This document shows positions 1 to 9,919 of a stretch of 64,000 nucleotides of DNA, one piece after another. The notes beneath the pieces were generated by a model that saw only the letters and a program-made list of their open reading frames with translations, made no database searches and was not told the origin of the DNA. Each line of letters begins with the position of its first letter. The stretch's first letter is position 1. Source of the DNA: Polyangiaceae bacterium (GTDB lineage Bacteria; Myxococcota_A; Polyangia; Polyangiales; Polyangiaceae); the NCBI GenBank assembly GCA_965222375.1, contig CBDCTZ010000016.1, positions 1,888,001-1,952,000 on the forward strand. Direction: 5' to 3'. A program made the translations under genes and the position numbers.

Positions 1-333
1 CACCCGGGGTGGGCCTCCGTACAAAAATCGAGCAACTAAATCAGCAATGGGCCGAACAAGTTGCCCTCCCACCCTGGGATTTCTGTGTGTGCAGATTGTT
101 GAGGGCCTGTTGCCCTATCAGCCTTCCGTTGTTCGGCGGTGAGGTGCGCTTGTTACGTTGGAGCGCTTCCGGCAAACGCCGACAGCCGTGATTCGCCCAA
201 CGTCCACAGGCTCGACTTCTGCGACGAACATCTACTTCCATAGGTCTTGGATAGGCAGCAAGACCTCCGTCTCCTCGCTCGCAAAACGCAAACCGAGGGT
301 TCACGTCGGGTCGTCGCAGTGCGATGCTACGGC

Positions 334-639
334 ATGGCTGACAAAAAGCCGCTGAACAAGAACCTAGTTGGCTTCATCGCCAGCGTGCTGGCGGTGATTC
401 TGGCGCCGTTGCTGGGGCTTTTGTTCACGGTGTTGTTCGTGCAGGGTGCGTTCCGCGCCACGGCGACTGCGGATCCATCTGAAAAGGCGCGTTTGCTTGC
501 CGAGGGGATATCCAACGCCATGAACGGGACCGCCTTTGGCCTGTTGCTGTCGTGTGTCGCTCTGATTCCGGCCGTCATCTTCGGCGTGCGCCTGTATCGG
601 GATTCCAAGCGCGGCAAGACGGCTGCGGTGGGAGACTAG
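334..639 (+). CDS. small membrane protein resembling the C-terminal helix pair of MotA/TolQ/ExbB proton channel proteins
   Basis: Two hydrophobic helices around KARLLAEGISNAMNGTAFGL, similar to the ExbB/TolQ motif LAxGISxAxxxTAxGL; ATG at 334 chosen. Confidence 0.55.
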   Translation: MADKKPLNKNLVGFIASVLAVILAPLLGLLFTVLFVQGAFRATATADPSEKARLLAEGISNAMNGTAFGLLLSCVALIPAVIFGVRLYRDSKRGKTAAVGD

Positions 640-778
640 GCTCAGAGGCTCTACACTGCAGGCTCCCGCAACCGCGGCGCGTTTCCGCACTGCGCGAGGT
701 GCCGATGACGGCCATGGCCGGCACATCAACAAACCAACCACCCCAAGTCAGGTGAGTCGCGATGGGTGACAACTGGCT

Positions 779-1282
779 TCAGGGCGTTCCGCGTACGAGC
801 AAGACACCGAGCGCCACTAGCGTGAGCGCGAGGAGCAGGTTGATTCGTGCGAAGAGGGATGCCCGGCGGCGCGCGTTCTGGGCCTCCGGGGAGCGCGGGT
901 TCTTGGCGATGGCGTCGGTTGCCCTGGGGCCCATCACGAAGTCGTGCACGGCGCTCAGAATCAGCACGACAACGAAGATGCCGAGCTTGCTGAGGACAGT
1001 GTGTCCGGCCGGCGATGCGAGCCATTCGCTTCGTCCGAAGTCTGCCAACTTCACGCCACGGACCCAGAGGTTGAAGCTGCCGGTGACGAGCACGATCAGG
1101 AAACAGACCCAGGCCACGTTGCGAAAGCGCGTGCCGGTTTCTCGCAGAAAGGTGGCGGCGTCGACTCGACCTCCCCGCCTCAGCCACGGCACGACCACGA
1201 GGACCAAGAACAGCATGCCGCCGACCCACACCGTCGCAGCGATGATGTGCAGCCAAACGGAAACCAAATAGAGCGTATGCAT
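779..1282 (-). CDS. CopD/DUF4149-like four-TM membrane protein
   Basis: WLHIIAATVWVGGMLF, LVTG and SKL..HDF motifs with four hydrophobic segments. Confidence 0.65.
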   Translation of the reverse strand: MHTLYLVSVWLHIIAATVWVGGMLFLVLVVVPWLRRGGRVDAATFLRETGTRFRNVAWVCFLIVLVTGSFNLWVRGVKLADFGRSEWLASPAGHTVLSKLGIFVVVLILSAVHDFVMGPRATDAIAKNPRSPEAQNARRRASLFARINLLLALTLVALGVLLVRGTP

Positions 1283-1285
1283 TCG

Positions 1286-1316
1286 AAAGGGGACTCGAGC
1301 CGCGAGTCTAGTCCCC
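1286..1316 (-). terminator. possible hairpin plus short U-tract between the methyltransferase and CopD-like genes
   Basis: Minus strand reads GGGGACTAGACTCG-CGGCT-CGAGTCCCC-TTT just before the ATG at 1282; the U-tract is short. Confidence 0.2.
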
Positions 1317-1360
1317 TCGAGGCGTCCACGCGGGGATGTTTGTGGGCAGGTGAAGGTGGA

Positions 1361-2245
1361 CTACTCGGCCTTGCGAACACTGACGATCGAAAAGGGGAAG
1401 CTCAGGCGCGCGAGGCCGTCGCCCACGTCCGTCTTTTCCAGCACTCGCAACCACTGGCTTCTGAGTTCCTGCTGGGTTTCCGGGCGTTGCAACTCGACGG
1501 AGTAGAAGAAGCCCATTAGCCGGTCACAGACCGTCGCCGCGGGCTCGGCGATCGCGAAGGTGTACTCCTCGATCGTGAATCCGTCGCTCAAACCGCCAGC
1601 GGCCAGCAGGCCTTGCAAGTCGGCGGCGTTGAACAAGCGCCGATCGCCCCAACCGGTGAAATGGGGTGCGTCTCGCCTCGTCAGTGGGCCGAAGACGTTC
1701 ATCAGCTCGGTGGCGCAGGCGTCGTCGCCGCCACTGAAGCTCCAATGGGCCGTGGCAAACACGCTACCTGGGCGCAGCACTCGGGCGATCTGCGCAATCA
1801 CCGCCTCCGTCGGCTCGAACAAGTAAAACGCATGATGAGTGAGCACCGCGTCGACGGAGGCGTCGGCCAGACCGACCCGGTCAGCGCGTTCCCTTCGCAG
1901 TTCCACTCCCTCGCCCAGCCGCTGGCGAGCGAGCTCTAGATCCGCAGCGCACAAGTCGACGCCCACGATGCGAGTCAGATCCGGTCGCCCTCGCTGCAGC
2001 GACTCGAGCAGCGGTCCGTTGCCCGCCCCAAGCTCCAACACAGCGCCCGCGTCGCGCGGCACGTAGTCGACTAAAAGCTCGTAGCCCGTCTTGCCCTGTG
2101 CCGTGGTCCACGCGCCTAGGGTCCGTTCGGTGATGCCTGGGCGCGCTTCGTGCAGGTCGACAATGTCGAGGCGCCTCTCATCAGCCGTTGGGGCCCGCGC
2201 TGCAGCCTTGATTCGAGCAAGTAGCTCTGCCACGCCGCGCAGCAT
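1361..2245 (-). CDS. class I SAM-dependent methyltransferase
   Basis: VLELGAGNG motif I, IVGVDL, SVDAVL, RVLRPG. Confidence 0.85.
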   Translation of the reverse strand: MLRGVAELLARIKAAARAPTADERRLDIVDLHEARPGITERTLGAWTTAQGKTGYELLVDYVPRDAGAVLELGAGNGPLLESLQRGRPDLTRIVGVDLCAADLELARQRLGEGVELRRERADRVGLADASVDAVLTHHAFYLFEPTEAVIAQIARVLRPGSVFATAHWSFSGGDDACATELMNVFGPLTRRDAPHFTGWGDRRLFNAADLQGLLAAGGLSDGFTIEEYTFAIAEPAATVCDRLMGFFYSVELQRPETQQELRSQWLRVLEKTDVGDGLARLSFPFSIVSVRKAE

Positions 2246-2396
2246 AAACCGTTTACAGCCACCGCGTTGAACGGTTCAGCAACCGTTCGGGGCGGCCCGC
2301 ACGTGCACAAAACCTTGCAGATCTGGGTTGGCGCAGCCGTTAAGCGCTTCGACCTGCGATCAGCTCGAGGATTGCGACAGCGGAAGTGGCGGAACG

Positions 2397-3125
2397 TCAG
2401 AACAAGAACGCGAGGGCAGTCAGGGCGACGACGATGGCTCCACCGGAACACACGGCGGCGACGATCAGTAGCCGCCGGTCTTCCGTGCTTCGCCGCATCG
2501 GGATGTAGGCGAATTCGTCCACGTAGAGTTCTTTGGAGTCGGACTGTTGCGCGGGATCTGCCCAGACCGACTCCTGGGCCTTGGCTTTGGCGGCCGCCTG
2601 AGACGTGGCTTCGGCGACTGCGCTGTCGGCGTTGCGTTCTGCAAACGCGGCGAGTCGCTCGCGGGCTTGCAGCGCCGGCATGATCTGCGCGTCGGACTCT
2701 TCTTCCGGTTCTTCACAGGGGTAGATGGGTTCGACACCGCTCGGTGGTGGAACGCTCCAGCGTTCTGGGTGGAAGGCATCCGAACACGGGGCGCTCTCGA
2801 CTTCCGCCGCCGTGCTCGATGTCTCGGGGGCGGGCAGAGGGGCGGCGGCGGCCTCGGAGTCCAGGTTGTTCAGGGCCAGGGATACGGAGGCCTCGACGTC
2901 GGAGAACCCAGCCGAATCCACCGGCTCGTCCAGGGGTTCGGGTGAAGCCGCTGGGGCCGAGGAGTAGACCGAGCGCAGGGTCGTAGATTTGAGCCGTTCG
3001 AAGTCCCGAGCGGCGTCGCGCTCAGCCTTGGTCGGCACGATTGCCGGCATGCCCACGATGGTGCCACCATCGCTGATGACGCGGGGCTGCGTCTCGGGTT
3101 CGGGGGTGGAGGTCGGAACTGGCAT
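2397..3125 (-). CDS. hypothetical acidic low-complexity protein with C-terminal TM anchor
   Basis: Pro/Ala/Glu/Ser-rich body ending RRLLIVAAVCSGGAIVVALTALAFLF. Confidence 0.65.
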   Translation of the reverse strand: MPVPTSTPEPETQPRVISDGGTIVGMPAIVPTKAERDAARDFERLKSTTLRSVYSSAPAASPEPLDEPVDSAGFSDVEASVSLALNNLDSEAAAAPLPAPETSSTAAEVESAPCSDAFHPERWSVPPPSGVEPIYPCEEPEEESDAQIMPALQARERLAAFAERNADSAVAEATSQAAAKAKAQESVWADPAQQSDSKELYVDEFAYIPMRRSTEDRRLLIVAAVCSGGAIVVALTALAFLF

Positions 3126-3263
3126 GGCGAACGTACTACGCAGTAGTTGCGCGTCGCCTTCCTCGAATTCACGCGGGTTTTGGGGCGTCCGGGAAAACTG
3201 CAGGCATTTCCATGGACTAGCAGGGACTGGTCGTTCCCGGGCGCCGGCCTCATACTCCTGGGC

Positions 3264-4223
3264 GTGTCGATTGGGACCCTATCTCGCCGGGATCTACTTC
3301 TGGCATCCGCAGCCGCGCCCGCTGCCTTGGCGGTGGGCTGTCAGAGCTCCGAGAACAAGCCGGCCAGCGCGACTGCTCAGGCCAACAAGATCCGAGAGGC
3401 TAGCTTGGTGGTGCCGGCTCAAGCCACGACCGATGGCGCTGGCGTCCGCCTGCGCCGCGCTCTGGGCGGTTCCGCGCTGCCGTTGCTGGACCCGTTCTTG
3501 ATGCTCGACGAGTTCCGCAGTGAGAGCGCGGACGACTACATCCGGGGTTTCCCCGACCACCCGCACCGCGGCTTCGAGACCGTGACCTACATGCTGCACG
3601 GCGCGATGGAGCACCGGGACAGCTTGAACAACCATGGCCGTCTCGGCCCGGGCAGTGTTCAGTGGATGACCGCCGGTCGCGGCATCATCCACTCGGAGAT
3701 GCCCAAACAGGTGAGTGGTTTGATGTGGGGCTATCAGCTGTGGGTCAACTTGCCCGCGAAGTTGAAGATGACCAAGCCTCGCTACCAGGACATCGCGCCC
3801 AAGGCCGTGCCCGAGCTGGACACTGGATCGGCGCGAGTCCGAGTGTTGGCGGGGCAGCTTGGCGGAACGGTGGGTCCGGTCAAGGACATCGTGACCCAAC
3901 CCCAGATGCTGGACGTACAGCTCAAGCCTGGCGGCAACTTCCGCCAAGACCTGCCGAGCAGTCACAACGCCTTTGCCTTCGTCGTCGATGGTGCGGTGGC
4001 ATTGGGCAGCTCAAAGCGGCTCGTGCAGCGGGGACGCTTGGCGGTACTGGGGCCCGGCGATGCGCTGTCGGCGACATCTCGTGGGGGCGGGCGCATGTTG
4101 CTCTTGGCGGGCAAACCCATTGGCGAGCCCGTTGCCCGCCGAGGTCCCTTTGTCATGAATACCGAAGAAGAACTACGCCGCGCCTTTGCCGACTACCGCA
4201 GCGGCAAGTTGGTTCAGGGCTGA
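3264..4223 (+). CDS. pirin family (bicupin) protein with Tat-lipoprotein-like N-terminus
   Basis: GFPDHPHRGFETVTY, QWMTAGRGIIHSEMP, GPFVMNT; leader SRRDLLLASAAAPAALAVGC; GTG at 3264 chosen. Confidence 0.9.
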   Translation: MSIGTLSRRDLLLASAAAPAALAVGCQSSENKPASATAQANKIREASLVVPAQATTDGAGVRLRRALGGSALPLLDPFLMLDEFRSESADDYIRGFPDHPHRGFETVTYMLHGAMEHRDSLNNHGRLGPGSVQWMTAGRGIIHSEMPKQVSGLMWGYQLWVNLPAKLKMTKPRYQDIAPKAVPELDTGSARVRVLAGQLGGTVGPVKDIVTQPQMLDVQLKPGGNFRQDLPSSHNAFAFVVDGAVALGSSKRLVQRGRLAVLGPGDALSATSRGGGRMLLLAGKPIGEPVARRGPFVMNTEEELRRAFADYRSGKLVQG

Positions 4224-4306
4224 CGCGCTCGGACTTCCGGCGCGAAAAACCTGCGAGCTGCGGCACTCTTCGTGACGGTAGCTGGCGCGGGCACTAGATT
4301 GTATCC

Positions 4307-5731
4307 ATGCTCGCCCCGGACGAAGCGTTGCCCGAACTTTCCGCGGAGAAGCGTGACAAGGCGCGCCGACTGCTCGAGCAGGCTCTGGGGCCGAGCAAGG
4401 TCCTGACCGACCGTGACGCCTGCGAGCGGTATGGCATCGACGACAGCGAAGCCCCGGCGCGCACGCCTGAGGCTGTCGTGCTGGCGACGACGGCGGATGA
4501 CATCTTGGCCGCGCTGTCCGTGGCACGGCAGGCCGAAGTTCCGATTACGCCTCGGGCTGGTGGCACCGGGCGCACGGGCGGCGCCGTGCCCGTTCACGGC
4601 GGCATCGTGCTGGCGACCCAGGGGATGAATCAGATCAAGGAGATCGATCGCGAAGAGGGCGTTGCAGTAGTCGAGCCCGGCGTCGTGCTCGGCGACCTGC
4701 ACGCGGCCGTGGAGGCGGAAGGCTGGTTCTATCCGCCGGATCCGAACAGCTGGGAAACCTGCGCCATTGGCGGCAACGTGGCCGAGAACGCGGGAGGCCC
4801 GCGGGCGTTCAAATACGGGGTGACTCGACACTACGTCTTGGGGTTGGAAGCCTTCTTGATCGGCGGGCAGCGCTTGCAGGTGGGCCGCCGCACTCTGAAA
4901 GGCGTGACAGGTTACGACGTCACTGGGCTCTTGGTGGGCAGCGAGGGCACTCTTGCCGTGTTTGGAGACGTCACGCTGCGCCTGGTTCCGAAGCCCCCCG
5001 CCGTGATGACCCTGATGGCGTTGTTCCGGGATGTTCGAGACTCGGCCCGGGCCGTCGCGACCATGACCAGTCGGGGACTCGTGCCGCGCTGCATCGAGCT
5101 ATTGGACGGCCGCACCTTGGAAGCGATGCGCAAGGGCGGCAATGCGATCGACGAAAGCGCGGGTGCGATGCTGCTGATGGACGTCGACGGAGCGCCTCGG
5201 GATTGCGAAGAGCAAGCCGAGCGTGTGGCAGACGCCTGCAGCGCGGCGCTGGACGTGCTCGTGGCTCAGGATGCGTCGCAACGGGAAAAGCTGTGGAGCG
5301 CTCGGCGGGAGATGTCTCTTTCCATCCGACGCCTGGCGAAACACAAATTGTCCGAAGATGTCGTGGTGGGTCGACAGCGCGTGGTGGAGTTGCTCGACCG
5401 CGTGGACGCCATCAGCGAAGACAACCGCATCGAAAGCCTGACCTATGGCCACGCTGGCGACGGTAATTTGCATGTCAACTTCCTGTGGAACGACGACGAC
5501 GAACTGCCTCGGGTCAACGCTTGCATCAACCAGCTGTTCATGGCGGTCGTCGAGTTGGGTGGCACCTTGAGCGGCGAGCACGGCATCGGCGTGCTGAAAG
5601 CGCCCTATCTCGGCCTCGAGCAATCCGCGGAGCTGATTGCGCTGCAGCGAGATCTGAAGCGTGTGTTCGACCCCTCGGGCCTGCTCAACCCCGGCAAAGT
5701 CTTCCCGAACCCCAGCCACGGGGCCTGCTAA
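4307..5731 (+). CDS. FAD-binding oxidoreductase, GlcD/D-lactate dehydrogenase (FAD-linked oxidase) family
   Basis: PRAGGTGRTGG, YPPDPNS, GSEGTL, GHAGDGNLH, SGEHGIG, LNPGK. Confidence 0.92.
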   Translation: MLAPDEALPELSAEKRDKARRLLEQALGPSKVLTDRDACERYGIDDSEAPARTPEAVVLATTADDILAALSVARQAEVPITPRAGGTGRTGGAVPVHGGIVLATQGMNQIKEIDREEGVAVVEPGVVLGDLHAAVEAEGWFYPPDPNSWETCAIGGNVAENAGGPRAFKYGVTRHYVLGLEAFLIGGQRLQVGRRTLKGVTGYDVTGLLVGSEGTLAVFGDVTLRLVPKPPAVMTLMALFRDVRDSARAVATMTSRGLVPRCIELLDGRTLEAMRKGGNAIDESAGAMLLMDVDGAPRDCEEQAERVADACSAALDVLVAQDASQREKLWSARREMSLSIRRLAKHKLSEDVVVGRQRVVELLDRVDAISEDNRIESLTYGHAGDGNLHVNFLWNDDDELPRVNACINQLFMAVVELGGTLSGEHGIGVLKAPYLGLEQSAELIALQRDLKRVFDPSGLLNPGKVFPNPSHGAC

Positions 5732-5779
5732 ACGGGGTGATTCGCGTGAGGTGAGTTGGAAGCCGAGCCTGAGTTTTTG

Positions 5780-5883
5780 GGCTGCCCCCACCCCATCCGT
5801 CCTCGCGCCTTCGGCGCTGCGGGCGGGTGGCCTCCCCCAAATCCCGGGACGGCGGCCTTCGGCCTTGCCCGCTCAGGGGGAGG
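5780..5883. repeat. intergenic nested palindromic (REP-like) element
   Basis: CCTCCCCC (5831-5838) pairs with GGGGGAGG (5876-5883); small hairpins GCGCC-TTC-GGCGC and GGCC-TTC-GGCC. Confidence 0.45.
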
Positions 5884-6053
5884 AAGCAGAATACCGGAGC
5901 CGAACGCACAGCTCGGTGTTCTCGAGCAACCCGATCGGTTGTTTCGCGACACCCGGCGGCGGCCGGTGGGAAGCCCGGCCCGCGAAGGCACGAGTTGGCA
6001 TTTGACCGCACACGCCGTTGGCACCAGTGTTGGCTCGATGGGAAGCGACAGCC

Positions 6054-6647
6054 ATGACACCCAGGACGCAACACGGGCCCGCCCGCGCTGAACGCCACAC
6101 GCTTCGCGCACGTTTGCGGTCTGGATCGCACTGGACCGCACACTTCGCGACGCTCACGGCCGTCATCACCAGTTGCGTCGTGTCGAATCCGCCCGAGTAC
6201 AGCAGTGCGGAGCAGACGCCGCCCCTGTTGGTCTTGTTGGACGCCGATCCACTGGTGGGCAAGGTCGTCGGAGTTCCCGTTGGGGAACGATTGAGTCTGA
6301 ACGTGCCCGTGCGGTCCGAGGACGCGCCGGGGGACGAGTTGATTGCGCGCCTGTACCTGGACTACGGCAATCTCGAGACAGAGGAGGTACAAGCCCCCCT
6401 AGTGCTCCTTCCTAGGGGCTCCTACGACGATGTGGAGCGCAGGGTAGAAATGACCTGGGTCGTGCCGCAGCTCCAGCCCGGCTGTCGCCAGTTGTCCCTG
6501 GTTGTCACCCACCGCTCCAATCTCGATCCAAACGGCAGACCTCTAGACAACCGCGATACGGCCGTGGCCGTCTGGTGGCTGAACGTCAGTGATACGAACT
6601 CGGACAACCCTATGTCGGATTGCATCACACAGGCGTTTGGGCAATAG
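6054..6647 (+). CDS. hypothetical lipoprotein
   Basis: Hydrophobic stretch ending VITSC followed by a beta-rich domain; start uncertain. Confidence 0.55.
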   Translation: MTPRTQHGPARAERHTLRARLRSGSHWTAHFATLTAVITSCVVSNPPEYSSAEQTPPLLVLLDADPLVGKVVGVPVGERLSLNVPVRSEDAPGDELIARLYLDYGNLETEEVQAPLVLLPRGSYDDVERRVEMTWVVPQLQPGCRQLSLVVTHRSNLDPNGRPLDNRDTAVAVWWLNVSDTNSDNPMSDCITQAFGQ

Positions 6648-6655
6648 CCGCGCGA

Positions 6656-7621
6656 CTAGTCTGCTGGTGCGGTGCCCACGCCCCACGCCTCGGCCAGCGC
6701 CCGCGCTTCCTCCAAGCGCGGGCTCTTTTTCAATACGCGACGCAGTTCGTTTCTGGCGTCTGCTTTGCGACCCAGTGCGTGGAGCGCTTTCGCCCGACTG
6801 AGTCGCGACAGCGCCGTGTCCCGATGCGCGAGCTGCCCGTCGGCTTGCTTCAGCGCCGCAATGCGATTCTTCTTTGCCAGCGCCGCTTTGCCGGCTTCTT
6901 CGTAGATCTCCCCGCGTAGCAGCAGATAGTCCGTCTTGATGGGCGCGCGGGCCAGGATGGCGTTTACTTGGGTCAGAGCCGCCGGAAAACGACGCAGTTT
7001 GCGCTGGACGCGAATCAGGGCCAGCCGCACCACTAGCGCCCCACCGAGAGGCGTGAGCGCCGCCCGGTACCCTTTGGCCGCGTCGGCGTGTTTGCCCAGA
7101 CGTTCCTGCAATGCGCCACGAGCCAGCACCAGGTCCGGAGTGGGGCCGCGGCGGATGGCCTGGCCATAGTCCGAGATCGCGCCCGCCCAGTTCTTGCGCT
7201 GCTGTCGGATCCGCGCTCGCGCGGCCCAGGCCGAAGCCACGGGTTTCTTGCTCGACAAGTAGCGGGACAGATCCGCTTCAGCGCCTCGAACGTTGCCCAG
7301 GGCTTCTCGGGTCAGCGCGCGCTCCAAGAACAGCCGCGGCAGCTCGGGCTGTTGGTGCTGCACGACTCGAATGTCCGCGACGGCGCCCGCGAGATCTCCC
7401 ATCCGTCGGTAGAGCCGCACGCGGTCCAGGCGAAGTTTCGCGTCCTTGGGTCGTTTCAGCAGTCGCTCGCTCAGGCGCTGCAGCTCTTTGGAGTAGCCTT
7501 CGTGACCCGCTGCCGGCCACGTCGCAAGAGACAGGGCAGCCGCAAGAAGCGCAGCCAAGACAAGACTGCGAGGCCGTAGCGGTGTCAGGTTAGGAAAGGT
7601 CCGACCAGCTAGCCCCGGCAT
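6656..7621 (-). CDS. exported tetratricopeptide-repeat protein
   Basis: Signal peptide then repeated TPR-like helices (GDLAGAVAD, GNVRGAEAD, GKHADAAKGY); ATG overlaps the upstream TGA (TGATG). Confidence 0.8.
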   Translation of the reverse strand: MPGLAGRTFPNLTPLRPRSLVLAALLAAALSLATWPAAGHEGYSKELQRLSERLLKRPKDAKLRLDRVRLYRRMGDLAGAVADIRVVQHQQPELPRLFLERALTREALGNVRGAEADLSRYLSSKKPVASAWAARARIRQQRKNWAGAISDYGQAIRRGPTPDLVLARGALQERLGKHADAAKGYRAALTPLGGALVVRLALIRVQRKLRRFPAALTQVNAILARAPIKTDYLLLRGEIYEEAGKAALAKKNRIAALKQADGQLAHRDTALSRLSRAKALHALGRKADARNELRRVLKKSPRLEEARALAEAWGVGTAPAD

Positions 7622-8748
7622 CAGGGACATGTCAGTTTCGCGACTCGGACGTCGTCGATGTACCAACCCGGGGTTCCCGGGTGACATGGGTCGCTGTCGT
7701 AGCTGGCGAAGTGAAAGCGCAACCTGAACTTGGAATGGGTGTAGCTCGAAACGTCGATCTCGACCGGGGTCCAGCCGCCGGTGGCCCCCGCGAAGCCCTT
7801 CTTCCCATCCAGCTCGCACGAGGAGCAGGTCACGCCGCCGTCAGAGTTCACGTAGTAGCAGTCGATGGGCGCGTTGGAATAGCCGGTGATCGGGGTGACC
7901 TTCTTCCAGCTCGTGCCGTCGTGAACCTCGACCAGGCCGCCGGAATAGGTGCTGTTGTCGAGGGCGCAGGGCAAGCCGCACAGGCCCAAGGGCAGCCCGT
8001 TGGGGTCACAGACGCGCATGCTGTGCCAGTGCCAGAACTGAATCCGCACCGTTTGGCCCGAGTAGGAGCTGAGATCGATTTCCGGCGACGTGAGGGTGGA
8101 ATCGGAACAGTTCTTCGAGTTTCCGTTGAGGCTCGTGCCCCACGCTGCATTGCCGCTCCCTGTATGATCCGAGCCGGGGCCGTTGCTCGGGTTCCCGCAG
8201 GCCCAGTCCGTGTTCTTTCCGGCCGCTTTGAAATCTCCGGGGCAACCCGTGAAGTCGTAGCTCTTGATGGCGCAGCCGCCAAAGCCACCGCTGCCGCCAG
8301 TACCGCCGCCCGTGCCACCTGTTGCAATACCTCCGGTGCCACCCGTCGCTCCGCCGGTGCCGCCGCCGCCCGTGCCGCTGGTGCCACCCGTCGCGCCGCC
8401 ACCGGTACCACTCGTGCCACCCGTCGCTCCGCCGCCGGTACCGCCGGTACCGCTGGTGCCACCCGTCGCGCCGCCACCAGCTCCCGCACTGCCGCCGGTG
8501 CTACCGCCGACCCCCGCGCCGCCACCGACCCCCGCGCCACCGCTAACGCCTGCGCTGCCACCCCCGGTGCCGGAGCTCGCTCCTACGCCGGCAACCCCGC
8601 CGTTGCCACCGAGGCCTGCGTCATCGCCCCCGGCGCCACCCGAGAAGGTTCCGCCGATGTTGTCGGAAGGCCCCACGCCTTCTCCCTGGGCGCAGCCCAA
8701 CAGCGCGGCTGCGCTTACCACGCCCCATCGCCACTTCGCCGCCGCCAC
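7621..8748 (-). CDS. lipoprotein with Gly/Thr linker and C-terminal beta-sandwich (MAM/cleaved-adhesin-like) domain
   Basis: AALLGC lipobox, GGTGG repeats, LTSPEIDLS..FWHWH..LRFHF..GWYIDDV; GTG at 8748 chosen because the longer ORF overlaps orn. Confidence 0.7.
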   Translation of the reverse strand: MAAAKWRWGVVSAAALLGCAQGEGVGPSDNIGGTFSGGAGGDDAGLGGNGGVAGVGASSGTGGGSAGVSGGAGVGGGAGVGGSTGGSAGAGGGATGGTSGTGGTGGGATGGTSGTGGGATGGTSGTGGGGTGGATGGTGGIATGGTGGGTGGSGGFGGCAIKSYDFTGCPGDFKAAGKNTDWACGNPSNGPGSDHTGSGNAAWGTSLNGNSKNCSDSTLTSPEIDLSSYSGQTVRIQFWHWHSMRVCDPNGLPLGLCGLPCALDNSTYSGGLVEVHDGTSWKKVTPITGYSNAPIDCYYVNSDGGVTCSSCELDGKKGFAGATGGWTPVEIDVSSYTHSKFRLRFHFASYDSDPCHPGTPGWYIDDVRVAKLTCP

Positions 8749-8831
8749 AGCCGGACGATAGCGCCAAGGGCACCGCCGCGCCAGGGTTTGGCCCTCCCGA
8801 CTCCACCCGGCCCGGCTCCGGAGCGCGTGGA

Positions 8832-9389
8832 CTACTCTTGGAAGAGCTGTTTTCGGTAGTGAGCGAGCTCGGCGATGGACTGCTTGATGTCGAAGAGGGC
8901 GTCGTGGGCTCCGTCTTCCGGCTTTTTGTAGACGGCCCTGTCGCCGTACCAGAGCCCGGCCAGCACTTTCAGCGAGCTCACATCCACAATCCGGTAGCTG
9001 AGGTAGCCGTTGAGCCCGGGCATGTAGCGCTCGATGAATCGCTTGTCTTGCCCGATGCTGTTGCCACACAACACAGCGGGATAGGGGCACCAGCTCGCGA
9101 TGCGTTCCAACAGCAGCCGCTCCGTGAACCCCGTGTCCTTGTTCGTCTTGGAAAGCCGACCTAGCAAGCCCGTCTTCTCATGCATCTCGCGCACGAAGGG
9201 GGTCATGCTGGCGAGTAGATGATCCGGTTGCCACACGTCGCAGACGAACTCTTCGAGGGGCTCGAGCTTCGAGTTGGTGATGATGAGCGCAGCCTGGAGG
9301 ATCACATCTCGCTCCGGATCGAGCCCAGTCATTTCGAGATCGACCCACGCCAAGTTCCCCGCGGCTTGTACCCGCTTGACTCGTTGCAT
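8832..9389 (-). CDS. orn: oligoribonuclease
   Basis: WVDLEMTGLDP, CGNSIGQDKRF, YRIVDVSSLK, HDALFDIKQSIAEL (DEDDh motifs). Confidence 0.95.
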   Translation of the reverse strand: MQRVKRVQAAGNLAWVDLEMTGLDPERDVILQAALIITNSKLEPLEEFVCDVWQPDHLLASMTPFVREMHEKTGLLGRLSKTNKDTGFTERLLLERIASWCPYPAVLCGNSIGQDKRFIERYMPGLNGYLSYRIVDVSSLKVLAGLWYGDRAVYKKPEDGAHDALFDIKQSIAELAHYRKQLFQE

Positions 9390-9862
9390 CAGCTTTCCTG
9401 TGGTTCGTGGATCTTTTCTCGGACGACCCACACCGGGCAGCCAGCCTTGCGTACGACATTTTCGGCGACAGAGCCGAGTAGGAAGCGCTCCACCCCAGTG
9501 CGACCTTCCGTCCCCACCACGATGGCGTCTGCATTCAAGTCCGCCGCGAGCTGCACGATCTCCGTCGAGGGTGTGCCGACGCGCAGATGCGTCTTGACTC
9601 GCGAGGCGTCGACTCGGGACTCGCCTTTGGCCCAGCCCTCGAGGGTGGCTTCCACGTACTCCTGCAAGAAGCCTCCAGCTTCCTTGGGGGTGACGGAGCG
9701 TTCCTCTTTGTCCAGCTCGAGGCGCACCATGGCTCCCATGGCCTTGGCCACATGCACCACGTGAAGCCGAGCTTCAGGGCGACTAGCAGCTATCCTCAGG
9801 GCTTCGTTCAAAGCGTGTCGGGCCAGCCCCGAGAAGTCCACGCCAACGACGACGTTGCTCAT
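9389..9862 (-). CDS. universal stress protein (UspA family)
   Basis: VVVGVDFS, IVVGTEGRTGVERFLLGSVAENVVRKAGCPV. Confidence 0.93.
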   Translation of the reverse strand: MSNVVVGVDFSGLARHALNEALRIAASRPEARLHVVHVAKAMGAMVRLELDKEERSVTPKEAGGFLQEYVEATLEGWAKGESRVDASRVKTHLRVGTPSTEIVQLAADLNADAIVVGTEGRTGVERFLLGSVAENVVRKAGCPVWVVREKIHEPQES

Positions 9863-9919
9863 GCCCCGAGCATAGCCAAGCTTGGCGTGGACAATACGAG
9901 CTTTGTGCCGGCCCTCGGA

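Noticed and set aside
7681..8859. Long + strand ORFs, including the Pro-rich 8264-8761
   Set aside because: Antisense shadows of the Gly-rich linker in the minus-strand lipoprotein.
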